Shown: positions 52,475 through 60,895, counted from the first letter of the stretch. The stretch: 64,000 nt of DNA from Gammaproteobacteria bacterium (GCA_020847075.1 JADLCS010000046.1:6295-70294); one strand, 5' to 3'. Program-made: numbers and translations. The notes: generated by a model from the sequence alone, not told the origin.

Positions 52475-52544
52475 CGTGAGGCGTGAGGGGTGAGGAGTCA
52501 GGCGTGAAGCCTGATCCCCGCCTCGCACCTCACGCCTCACGCCT
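52475..52544. repeat. heptamer-built hairpin (CGTGAGG-type units, then CCTCACG units) in the cbbL-cbbS spacer
   Basis: Left: CGTGAGG CGTGAGG GGTGAGG AGTCAGG CGTGAAG. Right: CCTCGCA CCTCACG CCTCACG CCT. Hand pairing gives 14 + 6 + 5 bp. Confidence 0.85.
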
Positions 52545-52566
52545 AACTTTCATTAAGGAGCGTGCA

Positions 52567-52923
52567 ATGAGCGAAATGCAGGATTACAAATCGAGCCTGA
52601 CCGATGTGTCGAGCCGCAAGTTCGAGACCTTCTCCTACCTGCCGGAGATGAGCAAGGACAACATCCGCAAGCAGGTGGAATACATCGTGAAGCAGGGCTG
52701 GAACCCGGCCATCGAGCACAGCGAGCCGGAGAACGCCTTCGACCACTACTGGTACATGTGGAAGTTGCCGATGTTCGGCGAGACCAGCGTCGACAAGATC
52801 CTGGCCGAGGCCGAGGCCTGCCACAAGGCGCACCCGAGGAACCACGTGCGCCTGGTCGGCTACGACAACGCCGTCCAGTCGCAGGGGACCTCGATGGTGA
52901 TCTACCGCGGGCCGATGAACTGA
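52567..52923 (+). CDS. cbbS: RuBisCO small subunit
   Basis: 118 aa from ATG 52567 (AAGGAG upstream); ..[27 protein letters not shown].. and ..[11 protein letters not shown]... Confidence 0.95.
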   Translation: MSEMQDYKSSLTDVSSRKFETFSYLPEMSKDNIRKQVEYIVKQGWNPAIEHSEPENAFDHYWYMWKLPMFGETSVDKILAEAEACHKAHPRNHVRLVGYDNAVQSQGTSMVIYRGPMN

Positions 52924-52952
52924 TCCCGCCGCAGGTTATGCTGTAGCCAGCA

Positions 52953-52989
52953 CCCCCTGCGCGGCGATCCCGGGCAGGGGGTTTTTTTT
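52953..52989 (+). terminator. intrinsic terminator between cbbS and cbbQ
   Basis: CCCCCTGC, a 13-nt loop, GCAGGGGG, then T8 (52982-52989). Confidence 0.8.
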
Positions 52990-53092
52990 GATCGCGGAAG
53001 ACGCGGGTGCAGAAAAAACGGACCGACCGCCACCCCGCAGGACGGTCGCCGCATGCCCGGCCTTCCCGCGCCTTTGCCCGGAGCCAATCGAC

Positions 53093-53902
53093 ATGAGTAA
53101 AACCGACAGCGCACAGTACCAGATCAAGAAAGAGCCCTATTATCTCCCGGTCCACGACGAGGTCGGGCTGTTCGAGGCCGCCTATGCCGCCCGCATGCCG
53201 ATCATGCTCAAGGGCCCCACCGGCTGCGGCAAGACGCGCTTCGTCGAATACATGGCCTGGAAACTGGGCCGGCCCCTCATCACTGTGGCCTGCAACGAAG
53301 ACATGACGGCCTCCGACCTGGTCGGACGCTTCCTACTCGACGTCAACGGCACGCGCTGGCAGGACGGACCGCTCACCACGGCGGCGCGCATCGGCGCGAT
53401 CTGCTATCTGGACGAGGTCGTCGAGGCGCGCCAGGACACCACCGTGGTCATCCATCCGCTGACCGACCACCGCCGCACCCTGCCGCTGGACAAGAAGGGA
53501 GAGCTGGTCGAGGCGCACCCGGATTTCCATCTGGTGATCTCCTACAACCCGGGCTACCAGAGCCTGATGAAGGACCTGAAGCAGTCGACCAAGCAGCGCT
53601 TCGGCGCGCTCGACTTCAACTACCCCGCCGCCGAGATCGAGACCCGCATCGTCCGGCACGAAACCGGCGTCGACGAAGCGGTGGCCGGCAAGCTGGTGCA
53701 GATCGCCCAGCGCGCGCGCAACCTCAAGGGGCACGGGCTCGACGAAGGCATCTCGACCCGCCTGCTGGTCTACGCCGGTCAGTTGATCGCCAAGGGCATC
53801 GATCCGGTGGCCGCCAGCCGCATGACCCTGGTGCGACCGCTCACCGACGACCCCGACATGCGCGATACGCTGGATGCGGCCGTGCATACCTTCTTCGGCT
53901 GA
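53093..53902 (+). CDS. cbbQ: RuBisCO activase CbbQ (MoxR-type AAA+ ATPase)
   Basis: 269 aa from ATG 53093; Walker A GPTGCGKT and Walker B-like CYLDEVVEA. Followed by cbbO. Confidence 0.95.
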   Translation: MSKTDSAQYQIKKEPYYLPVHDEVGLFEAAYAARMPIMLKGPTGCGKTRFVEYMAWKLGRPLITVACNEDMTASDLVGRFLLDVNGTRWQDGPLTTAARIGAICYLDEVVEARQDTTVVIHPLTDHRRTLPLDKKGELVEAHPDFHLVISYNPGYQSLMKDLKQSTKQRFGALDFNYPAAEIETRIVRHETGVDEAVAGKLVQIAQRARNLKGHGLDEGISTRLLVYAGQLIAKGIDPVAASRMTLVRPLTDDPDMRDTLDAAVHTFFG

Positions 53903-53935
53903 GCCGATCGTCGCCGCCCTCTCCGCTGAGCCGAC

Positions 53936-56266
53936 ATGAGCCTCAATCTCGACGAATACCGCACCGTACTCACCCAGGCGGCGCCGGAACTGACCGCCAC
54001 GCTCGACGGGATCTTCCACGAGGCCGCGCGCGTGATGTCGCCCGCCGGCCTCAAGACCTATCTCGACGGCGCGCGCGGTCTGTGCGGGCTCGGCCGGGGC
54101 CCGGACCTCGTCGTTTCCTATCTGGAGGAGATGCCGGCGGTGGTGCAGGAGTGCGGCGAGGACATCATCGCGGACTGCGTCAACGCCGCGCTCAAGCTCT
54201 CCTCGATGACCTCCGGCGAGGTGATCGGGCTGATGTTCGCCAGCCTGCCGACGGCGGCGCAGCGCCTGGGCGATCCCGAACTGCTGCGCAGCTATCTCGC
54301 CCTGATGCATCAGCTTTCCGCCAAGGCCCCGCGCGGGCTGCGGCCGATGCTCGGGCGCATCGACGAACTGCTCTCGAAACTCACCCTGAGCGGGTTGCGG
54401 CGCTGGGCCAACTTCGGCGCCCAGGCCTACCGGCAGGACCTGAGCAAGCTGGTGGATTATTTCGGCCTCGCCACCGAGGACAGCCGCGCCGTGCTGCAGC
54501 AGGAACGGCGCGGCACGCTGTTCGTCGACAGCCAGCGCCGGCTCAACTTCTATTTGCGCGCCCTGTGGGCGCGCGATTTCCAGTTGCGCCCGACGGCGGC
54601 CGACTACGCCGACTTCCGCCCCTACATCGAGGCGCGCACCCTGCACCTGCCCGACGCCGTCGACGATGCCGGCGCGATCAGCGGACTGGAGCTGTATCGC
54701 GCGACCGCCGCGCACATGGCCGCGCATATCTGCTATACCGACGGACCGCTGAGCGCGGAACAACTCAGCCCGGCCCAGATGTTCTTCATCGGTCTGCTGG
54801 AGGATGCCCGCGTCGAATACTGCGCGGCGCGGGAATTCCCCGGGCTGGGCACGCTGTGGCGCGCGCTGCACGCCGCGCGCCCCGACCGGCCCGCCGAGCA
54901 TCCGGCCCTGAACGAACTGGAACGGCTGGCCCTGTGCCTGCTCGACGCCGAGGCGCGCAGCGGCGACGCCGAACTCGACGCGCTGGCGGCGCGCTTCCAC
55001 GCGGAGATCGAGGCCCGGCGGCGCGATACGCAACTGTCCTGGGACCTCGGGCTCGAGCTGTACCACCTGTTCGCCGCCCGCCGCGCGGTCCCCGCGCTGC
55101 GGATCCTGCAAGGCATCCGGCTCCCCTACCGGGACGACAACCGCTATTGCTGGAGCTTCGAGGAGTTCGCACGGTCGGACGCCGAGGTCCTCACCGCCGC
55201 GCTGCGCCAGGTGCGGCGCAAGGTCTCGGTGATGGATATGGTGAACGAGGTCGATTGCGAACTGGCGGGAGACGACGCCCAGGAGATCTGGTCGCTCGAG
55301 AGCGAGTTCTTCCGCGACGGCGACCCCGAGGGCGTCAGCCTGAATCAGCTCGAGGGCCGCGAACCCGTCTCCGATCCGTTCCATTACCCTGAATGGGACT
55401 ACCAGGTGCAACTGCACCGGCCGAACTGGACCACCGTGTACGAGCGGCGCCCGCCCCCGGGCGATCCGGAAGACGTCGAACAGATCCTGCGCGCGCACAA
55501 ACCGGTCGCGGCGCGTATCCGCCAGATCGTCGACCTGCTGCGTCCGGCCGGGGTGACCCGCCAGCGCAAGCTCGAGGACGGCGACGAGATCGACGTCAAC
55601 GCCGCCGTCGAGGCGATGGTCAATCTGCGCCTCGGCCTGTCGCCCGACCCCCGCATCACGTTGCGCAACGTGCTCAACACGCGCGACCTGTGCGTGCTGC
55701 TGCTGCTCGATCTGTCGGAATCGACCAACGAGCAGGTGTCGGAGGCCGGCAAGTCGGTGCTGGCGCTGACGCGCGAGGCCAGCGCCCTGATGGCCACCGC
55801 CATCGAGGGCATCGGTGACCCGTTCGCGGTGCATGGTTTCGCCTCGGACGGGCGCCACGACGTGCGCTATTTCCGCTTCAAGGACTTCAAGCAGCCGTTC
55901 GACGACGCGGCCAAGGGCCGTATCGCCGGCATGCGCGGCGGGCTGTCCACACGCATGGGCGCGGCCCTGCGCCATGCCGGTCGCCATCTTCAGCAACAGC
56001 CGCAGCGGCGCAAGCTGATCCTGCTGGTCACCGACGGCGAGCCCGCCGACATCGACGAACGCGACCCGCAATACCTCCGCCTCGACGCCCGCAAGGCCGT
56101 CGAGGAGCTGCACACCCGCGGCGTCGTCACCTACTGCCTGTCGCTGGACCCGCAGGCCGACGGATATGTGCGCCGCATCTTCGGGGAAGCCCACTACACC
56201 GTCATCGACCACGTCCGGCGTCTGCCCGAAAAGCTGCCCGCGCTGTTCGCCAGCCTGACCGGCTGA
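53936..56266 (+). CDS. cbbO: RuBisCO activase adaptor CbbO (C-terminal von Willebrand A domain)
   Basis: 776 aa; the C-terminal VWA/MIDAS context (LLLLDLSESTN..) and conserved pairing with cbbQ. Confidence 0.92.
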   Translation: MSLNLDEYRTVLTQAAPELTATLDGIFHEAARVMSPAGLKTYLDGARGLCGLGRGPDLVVSYLEEMPAVVQECGEDIIADCVNAALKLSSMTSGEVIGLMFASLPTAAQRLGDPELLRSYLALMHQLSAKAPRGLRPMLGRIDELLSKLTLSGLRRWANFGAQAYRQDLSKLVDYFGLATEDSRAVLQQERRGTLFVDSQRRLNFYLRALWARDFQLRPTAADYADFRPYIEARTLHLPDAVDDAGAISGLELYRATAAHMAAHICYTDGPLSAEQLSPAQMFFIGLLEDARVEYCAAREFPGLGTLWRALHAARPDRPAEHPALNELERLALCLLDAEARSGDAELDALAARFHAEIEARRRDTQLSWDLGLELYHLFAARRAVPALRILQGIRLPYRDDNRYCWSFEEFARSDAEVLTAALRQVRRKVSVMDMVNEVDCELAGDDAQEIWSLESEFFRDGDPEGVSLNQLEGREPVSDPFHYPEWDYQVQLHRPNWTTVYERRPPPGDPEDVEQILRAHKPVAARIRQIVDLLRPAGVTRQRKLEDGDEIDVNAAVEAMVNLRLGLSPDPRITLRNVLNTRDLCVLLLLDLSESTNEQVSEAGKSVLALTREASALMATAIEGIGDPFAVHGFASDGRHDVRYFRFKDFKQPFDDAAKGRIAGMRGGLSTRMGAALRHAGRHLQQQPQRRKLILLVTDGEPADIDERDPQYLRLDARKAVEELHTRGVVTYCLSLDPQADGYVRRIFGEAHYTVIDHVRRLPEKLPALFASLTG

Positions 56267-56401
56267 GCCCGGTCCGCTGTCACCGGTCGCGGATTCTGTT
56301 AAACTGCGTCCACGATCCGTTCATCCCCGCGGGGCCACCGGCCCGTTTCCGGCCGGCCCGGCGCGTGGAGCCCCCGCCACCCACCCGCATACCGGACCGG
56401 C

Positions 56402-57634
56402 ATGAATTCAATCGACATCCGCCCCGCCGCAGACGGCGAGCCGCTTCATACACTCGAACACGGCGGATGCCACATCACCCTGCTCGGTACGGCGCATATC
56501 TCGCGCGCCAGCGCCGACAAGGTGCGCGAGCTGATCGCGACCGGCGACTACGATGCGGTGGCGATCGAACTGTGCCCCAGCCGGCACAACGCCATCGTCG
56601 ATCCCGACGCGCTCGCCCGGATGGACCTGTTCGAGGTGATCCGCGCGCGCAAGGTGCTCATGGTCGCGGCGAACCTGGCGCTCGGCGCCTTCCAGCAACG
56701 CATGGCGGAACAGCTCGACATCACGCCCGGCGCGGAGATGCGCGCGGCGATCGAATGCGCCCGCGCGAGCCACCTGCCCGTCCTGCTCGTCGACCGCGAG
56801 ATCGCGGTCACGCTGAAACGCTGCTATCACGGCGTTTCGTGGTGGCAACGTATCCATCTGCTGTCCGGACTGGTGGCGAGCGTCATCGTTCCGCGCAAGG
56901 TCACCGTGGAGGAGATCGAGCGGCTGAAGGAAGGCGATATGCTGGAATCGGCCTTCACCCAGTTCGCCGAACAGGCACCGGGCCTGCATCAGGGCCTGAT
57001 CGACGAACGCGACCGTTACATGGCGGCGCGCCTCATACGTGAGACCGAGGGCGGCGGCTATCGCAAGCTGCTCGCGGTGGTGGGCGCCGGCCACCTGAAG
57101 GGCATCCGCCGCTACCTGGACGAGTACCGGGCCCACCCCCCGGCGGAGACGCTCGCCGGGGTCATCACGAGACTCGACGAGATACCCGCGCCGAGTCGCT
57201 GGCCAGCGCTGATCTCATGGCTCGTCGTGGCGTTGATCCTCGGCGGTTTCGTCATCGGCTTCGCCCGCGACACCTCGATCGGCTGGGGCATGGTCATCGA
57301 CTGGATCCTGATCACCGGGGGCCTGGCGGCGCTCGGCACGGTGCTCGCAGGCGGCCATCTGCTGACCATAGGCAGCGCGTTCCTCGCCGCGCCGCTGACG
57401 ACGCTGAATCCGCTGATCGGGGTGGGGATGATCACGGCGGCGGTCGAGGCCTGGCTGCGTCGGCCGAGGATCGGCGACTTTTCACGCCTGCGCGAAGACG
57501 TCTCCCGCCTGCGGGGCTGGTGGCACAACCGCGTCGCGCGGACCCTGCTGGTATTCCTGTTCAGCTCCATTGGCGCCGCCTCGGGCACCTATTTCGCCGG
57601 CGCGCTGATCCTCCGCCAGCTCGCGCAGCACTGA
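56402..57634 (+). CDS. TraB/GumN-family protein with a C-terminal multi-TM region
   Basis: 410 aa; ITLLGTAHISRASADKVRELI.. and ..AVVGAGHLKGI.. are TraB/PrgY-type motifs. Four or so hydrophobic helices at the C-terminus. Confidence 0.85.
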   Translation: MNSIDIRPAADGEPLHTLEHGGCHITLLGTAHISRASADKVRELIATGDYDAVAIELCPSRHNAIVDPDALARMDLFEVIRARKVLMVAANLALGAFQQRMAEQLDITPGAEMRAAIECARASHLPVLLVDREIAVTLKRCYHGVSWWQRIHLLSGLVASVIVPRKVTVEEIERLKEGDMLESAFTQFAEQAPGLHQGLIDERDRYMAARLIRETEGGGYRKLLAVVGAGHLKGIRRYLDEYRAHPPAETLAGVITRLDEIPAPSRWPALISWLVVALILGGFVIGFARDTSIGWGMVIDWILITGGLAALGTVLAGGHLLTIGSAFLAAPLTTLNPLIGVGMITAAVEAWLRRPRIGDFSRLREDVSRLRGWWHNRVARTLLVFLFSSIGAASGTYFAGALILRQLAQH

Positions 57635-57647
57635 AGCGAACCGGGGC

Positions 57648-58370
57648 TCAGTCCACGTAGGGGCCGTTCTGCCGGATCGGCTCGCCGTGGGGGCGCCCGA
57701 AACAGAACATGAGCAGGCTTTCCTGCCACGCCTCCACGTGAACGGCGCCGGGATCCTCCATGAAACAGGCCTCTCCGGCGTCGATCCCGCGGCCGTTGAC
57801 GGCGGCGGCACCGTCCACGACATAGATGAAACCGCGATATCCCGCCGGTATCTGGCCGCGATAAACGGCGCCGGGATCGACATGCACGGCGAGATACTCG
57901 ACGGACGTGTGCAGCCGCAGCGGGGAGCCCTTGCCGACGATCTCGACCAGGTGCCCGCCCGTGAAGCGACGCACGGGAAGGGCGTCCACGTCCACCTGCT
58001 GATAGTCCGGCGCGATCGCCTTGAGCCGTTGCGGCAGGGTGATCCACAACTGGATGCCGCGGATCGTCCCGCGCCCGACCGGCTGCTCGGAATGCGTGAT
58101 GCCCTGTCCGGCGGTAAAGCGCTGCGCGCCGCCCGCGATGACGGTGGAACGGTTGCCCAGGTTGTCCTCGTGACGCATCGCGCCGGCGAAGACATAGGTG
58201 ATCGCCTCGAATCCGCGGTGGGAATGCTCCGGGAATCCGGTCTCCGGATTGATGGTGAAATGATCCCAGAAGACGAAGGGATCGTAATGGTCCCAGCCGG
58301 GCACCGGCATCAGGCGACGCACGTCCACACCGGCCCCTTCCTTCATGTCCACCGCGCGCCGGACCGTCAT
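57648..58370 (-). CDS. pirin-family bicupin protein
   Basis: ..DPFVFWDHF..FPEHSHRGFEAITYVFAGAMRHEDNLG.. is the pirin N-terminal cupin with its metal His residues. Start set at ATG 58370 (MTVRRAV..). An in-frame ATG at 58460 and the tracked start at 58658 would add Gly/Pro/Arg-rich sequence. Confidence 0.85.
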   Translation of the reverse strand: MTVRRAVDMKEGAGVDVRRLMPVPGWDHYDPFVFWDHFTINPETGFPEHSHRGFEAITYVFAGAMRHEDNLGNRSTVIAGGAQRFTAGQGITHSEQPVGRGTIRGIQLWITLPQRLKAIAPDYQQVDVDALPVRRFTGGHLVEIVGKGSPLRLHTSVEYLAVHVDPGAVYRGQIPAGYRGFIYVVDGAAAVNGRGIDAGEACFMEDPGAVHVEAWQESLLMFCFGRPHGEPIRQNGPYVD

Positions 58371-58456
58371 CGGTACCGCCGCGGGCACGCCGGCGGCGCG
58401 CGGGGTGGGGGCTCCACCCTGGCCTCCACCCGTCCCCTCCGGTCTGCCTTCCCAAC

Positions 58457-58543
58457 TCATGCGTGGCACCCCTCCGGCACGCAGGCCCCGGCGCCGTACA
58501 CGGCGATGAACGGCAGGCCACCCGCGATCAGGATCTTTTCCAT
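58457..58543 (-). CDS. candidate 28-codon upstream ORF (MEKILIAGGLPFIAVYGAGACVPEGCHA)
   Basis: Hand translation. GGGAGG lies 6 nt upstream of ATG 58543. G/C-ending codons dominate. The stop TGA overlaps an in-frame ATG (58460) of the pirin reading frame as ATGA. No homology claim is possible. Confidence 0.3.
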   Translation of the reverse strand: MEKILIAGGLPFIAVYGAGACVPEGCHA

Positions 58544-58711
58544 GGTAACCTCCCTCAGCCGAGGCGCTGTGATATCGTGGCCTATTATCCACGCTTTGCC
58601 CCGGGATGGCAGCGAATTTCACCGGACGCCGTGCGGCCTCTCCAGGCGCAACCGGCACGTCCGGACCAGTCCTCGCCTATCCACATGATCAACATCGGGA
58701 TTCGGTGACAG

Positions 58712-59464
58712 ATGAAGCGATCGACCTACTGGGCGGGGATCCTGCCGTTACTGCTGAACCCCGTCACGGCCACCTTGGCCGCCTGCGACGATCCCCCCGC
58801 CCAGGATGTGATCTGGATAAACTGCGACAAAAAGGGGGCCGATCTCAGCGATGCCGATCTGCGCGGCGCCATCCTCACGCGCAGCAACCTGGAAGGCGCG
58901 AAGCTGAGCCGGGCGCGGCTGTCCGGCGCCGAGTTCAACTTCGCCAACCTCAGCGCGGCGCAGCTCGACGACACCCGACTCGACAAGGCACGTTTCGTGA
59001 GCGCGAACCTGGCCGGGGCGAATCTCAGCGGCGCCAGCCTCGACGGGAGCTCCTTCGACCGGGCCATCCTGGCGGACGCCAACCTCGACGGCGGCCGCCT
59101 GAGCGGGGCCTCCTTCTATCAGACGAATCTGCGCGGCGCCACCCTGCGCGGCGCCGGGCTGCAGAAGGCCAATCTCAGCCAGGCCGAACTCAACGGCGCG
59201 AACCTGAGCGGCGCAGACCTCACCGGCGCCTCGCTGGAACAGGCATCGCTGGAGGAGGCAAAGCTGGACAAGGCCCTGCTGCGGGGTGCGAATCTGGAGA
59301 AGGCGAATCTGCTGGGCGCCGACCTGGGCGGGGCGGATCTCTCCCGGGCCAGTCTCGTTAACGCGGAAATCTCCAAGGCGCGTTTCGAGGGCGCCGTGCT
59401 CGACGATGCACAATGGACCAACCGGCGCCGCTGCCGTCCCGGGTCGGTGGGCGAATGCCGCTGA
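58712..59464 (+). CDS. pentapeptide-repeat protein with a lipoprotein-type signal peptide
   Basis: 250 aa; signal plus lipobox (..VTATLAAC), then about 35 consecutive A(D/N)LxG-type pentapeptides (ADLSDADLRGAILTRSNLEGAKLSRARLSGAEFNFANLS..). Confidence 0.85.
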   Translation: MKRSTYWAGILPLLLNPVTATLAACDDPPAQDVIWINCDKKGADLSDADLRGAILTRSNLEGAKLSRARLSGAEFNFANLSAAQLDDTRLDKARFVSANLAGANLSGASLDGSSFDRAILADANLDGGRLSGASFYQTNLRGATLRGAGLQKANLSQAELNGANLSGADLTGASLEQASLEEAKLDKALLRGANLEKANLLGADLGGADLSRASLVNAEISKARFEGAVLDDAQWTNRRRCRPGSVGECR

Positions 59465-59468
59465 GGGC

Positions 59469-60614
59469 TCAGGCGAGCACGGGCGGCAACTGCGCGGCCA
59501 ACCCCTGCCTCTCGGCAACCGCCGCGCCGACGAGGGCGAAACCGAGCAAGGCGCCGTCGGGCGTGAGAAACCGGGCCCGCACACCGTCTTCGACGGCCTC
59601 TTCCTGCCATTCACCCGCGGCCGCGGCCGGGGGTGGCGACACCACGACCGGGCAGGACGGGGTCTTGACCTGCACCGGCATCGCCGGATAGACGACCGGC
59701 GCGGGTTCGCCGCTCAGCGTGCGCGCGAGCGCGCGGGCGCCGTGCATGATCGGCATCACGAACGGCAGCACCAGCCCCTCGACCTCTGCGCAATCACCCA
59801 GGGCATAGACGTCCGCGGCGCTGGCCCTAAGGAAACGATCGACCACGATGCCGCGCCGTACCGCCAGACCGGCGGACTCGGCGAGGCCGGTCTCCGGGCG
59901 CAGACCGATCGCCGACAGGATCAGATCCGCCTCGATCGTCTCGCCGTCGGCCAGCGCGAGCGCGTGAACGCCCTGCCCGCGCGCGATCGCGCGCACCGTC
60001 GTCCCCAGACGCCAGGCCACGCCGGCGCGCTCCAGCGCGGCGCGGAAGGCCGCACCCGCCCGCGGCGGCAACAAACGCCCGAGCGGGGTCGCATCCGGCC
60101 CGATGATCGTGACCCGCTTGCCGACACTGAGCAGATCGTCGGCGAATTCGCAGCCGATCAGGCCGGGACCGATCACGGCGACACGCCCGGCGTCCGCGAC
60201 GGCGGCACGATAACGGGCATAATCGGCCAGCGAATTCACTGTGAACACGGCGTCAACGCCGGCGCCCCCGACGGGCGGGCTCAACGGCCGCGCGCCGATC
60301 GCGAGCACCAGACTGGAATACGGGACCGGCGCCCCGTCCACCTCGATCGTCCGGGCGGCGACGTCGATGGCGGAGACCCCGGCGCCGGCGTGAACCGTCA
60401 CATTGAGTTGTGCGGCCATGCGGGCGGCGTCCGCGCTGGCGAGCCGGGCGGGGCTCATGTCGTGGGCGAGCGCGTTGGACAACATCGGCTTGGAATAAAA
60501 TTCGCCGCCGTCCCGCGTGAACATCAGCACGGGCGTGGCCGCATCGAGCTTCCTGAACTCTCGCGCGAGCGAATAGCCGGCGAGACCCGTGCCGACGATG
60601 ACAACGGGGTTCAT
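59469..60614 (-). CDS. FAD/NAD(P)-dependent oxidoreductase, rubredoxin-reductase-like
   Basis: 381 aa; N-terminal dinucleotide fold VVIVGTGLAGYSLAREFRKLD and a second fold VAVIGPGLIGCEFADDL. Text resembles rubredoxin-NAD+ reductases. No rubredoxin gene is adjacent. Confidence 0.8.
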   Translation of the reverse strand: MNPVVIVGTGLAGYSLAREFRKLDAATPVLMFTRDGGEFYSKPMLSNALAHDMSPARLASADAARMAAQLNVTVHAGAGVSAIDVAARTIEVDGAPVPYSSLVLAIGARPLSPPVGGAGVDAVFTVNSLADYARYRAAVADAGRVAVIGPGLIGCEFADDLLSVGKRVTIIGPDATPLGRLLPPRAGAAFRAALERAGVAWRLGTTVRAIARGQGVHALALADGETIEADLILSAIGLRPETGLAESAGLAVRRGIVVDRFLRASAADVYALGDCAEVEGLVLPFVMPIMHGARALARTLSGEPAPVVYPAMPVQVKTPSCPVVVSPPPAAAAGEWQEEAVEDGVRARFLTPDGALLGFALVGAAVAERQGLAAQLPPVLA

Positions 60615-60895
60615 GGCCGGCGCCCGGTCTCGTTCCGGAGAAAAACCGCCCTGGATCCCGCTGTTCGCCGCCGTCGCATCGCCTTCATGCCCGAGGTATA
60701 AATGTTATACTTGGCCGTCATCCGCGCGTCACGGCCTTTCCGAGATCGTCAGTATATCCGGTTTCCCGGCGCCATCCCGGACATTCACTCCCGACAACGC
60801 GTCGCACGCCGCGGCGCGGGGTGCGGCGGGGATAGGGAAACGGCCGGTCCCGCGCGGCGGCATTCTTCAACATCCGCAGGTTGAACGCAGACGAC

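Noticed and set aside
52923-53093. Possible carboxysome or extra gene between cbbS and cbbQ, and the longer tracked start (52988) for cbbQ
   Set aside because: The interval holds only the terminator hairpin and a GC-rich leader. The CbbQ family sequence begins at [10 protein letters not shown] (53093) and the upstream extension runs through the T8 tract.
53333-56212. 959-aa minus-strand ORF opposite cbbO, plus similar long antisense ORFs at 308..2005, 13400..15277, 16052..17836, 28937..30832, 38276..40228 and 46278..47753
   Set aside because: All lie opposite genes with clear family signatures. They lack recognisable motifs and have the R/A/G/P/D-rich composition expected from the complement of GC3-rich coding DNA.
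57648-58658. Tracked 336-aa version of the pirin ORF
   Set aside because: The first roughly 96 residues are Arg/Gly/Pro-rich and cover the divergent promoter region. The pirin-family alignment begins near MTVRRAV (58370). The intermediate start at 58460 is kept as an open question in the findings.
60615-60880. Search for a small rubredoxin gene upstream of the rubredoxin-reductase-like gene
   Set aside because: Hand translation of the minus strand gives only Arg-rich 25-36-codon frames (for example MTAKYNIYTSGMKAMRRRR..) with no CxxC pairs and no SD.
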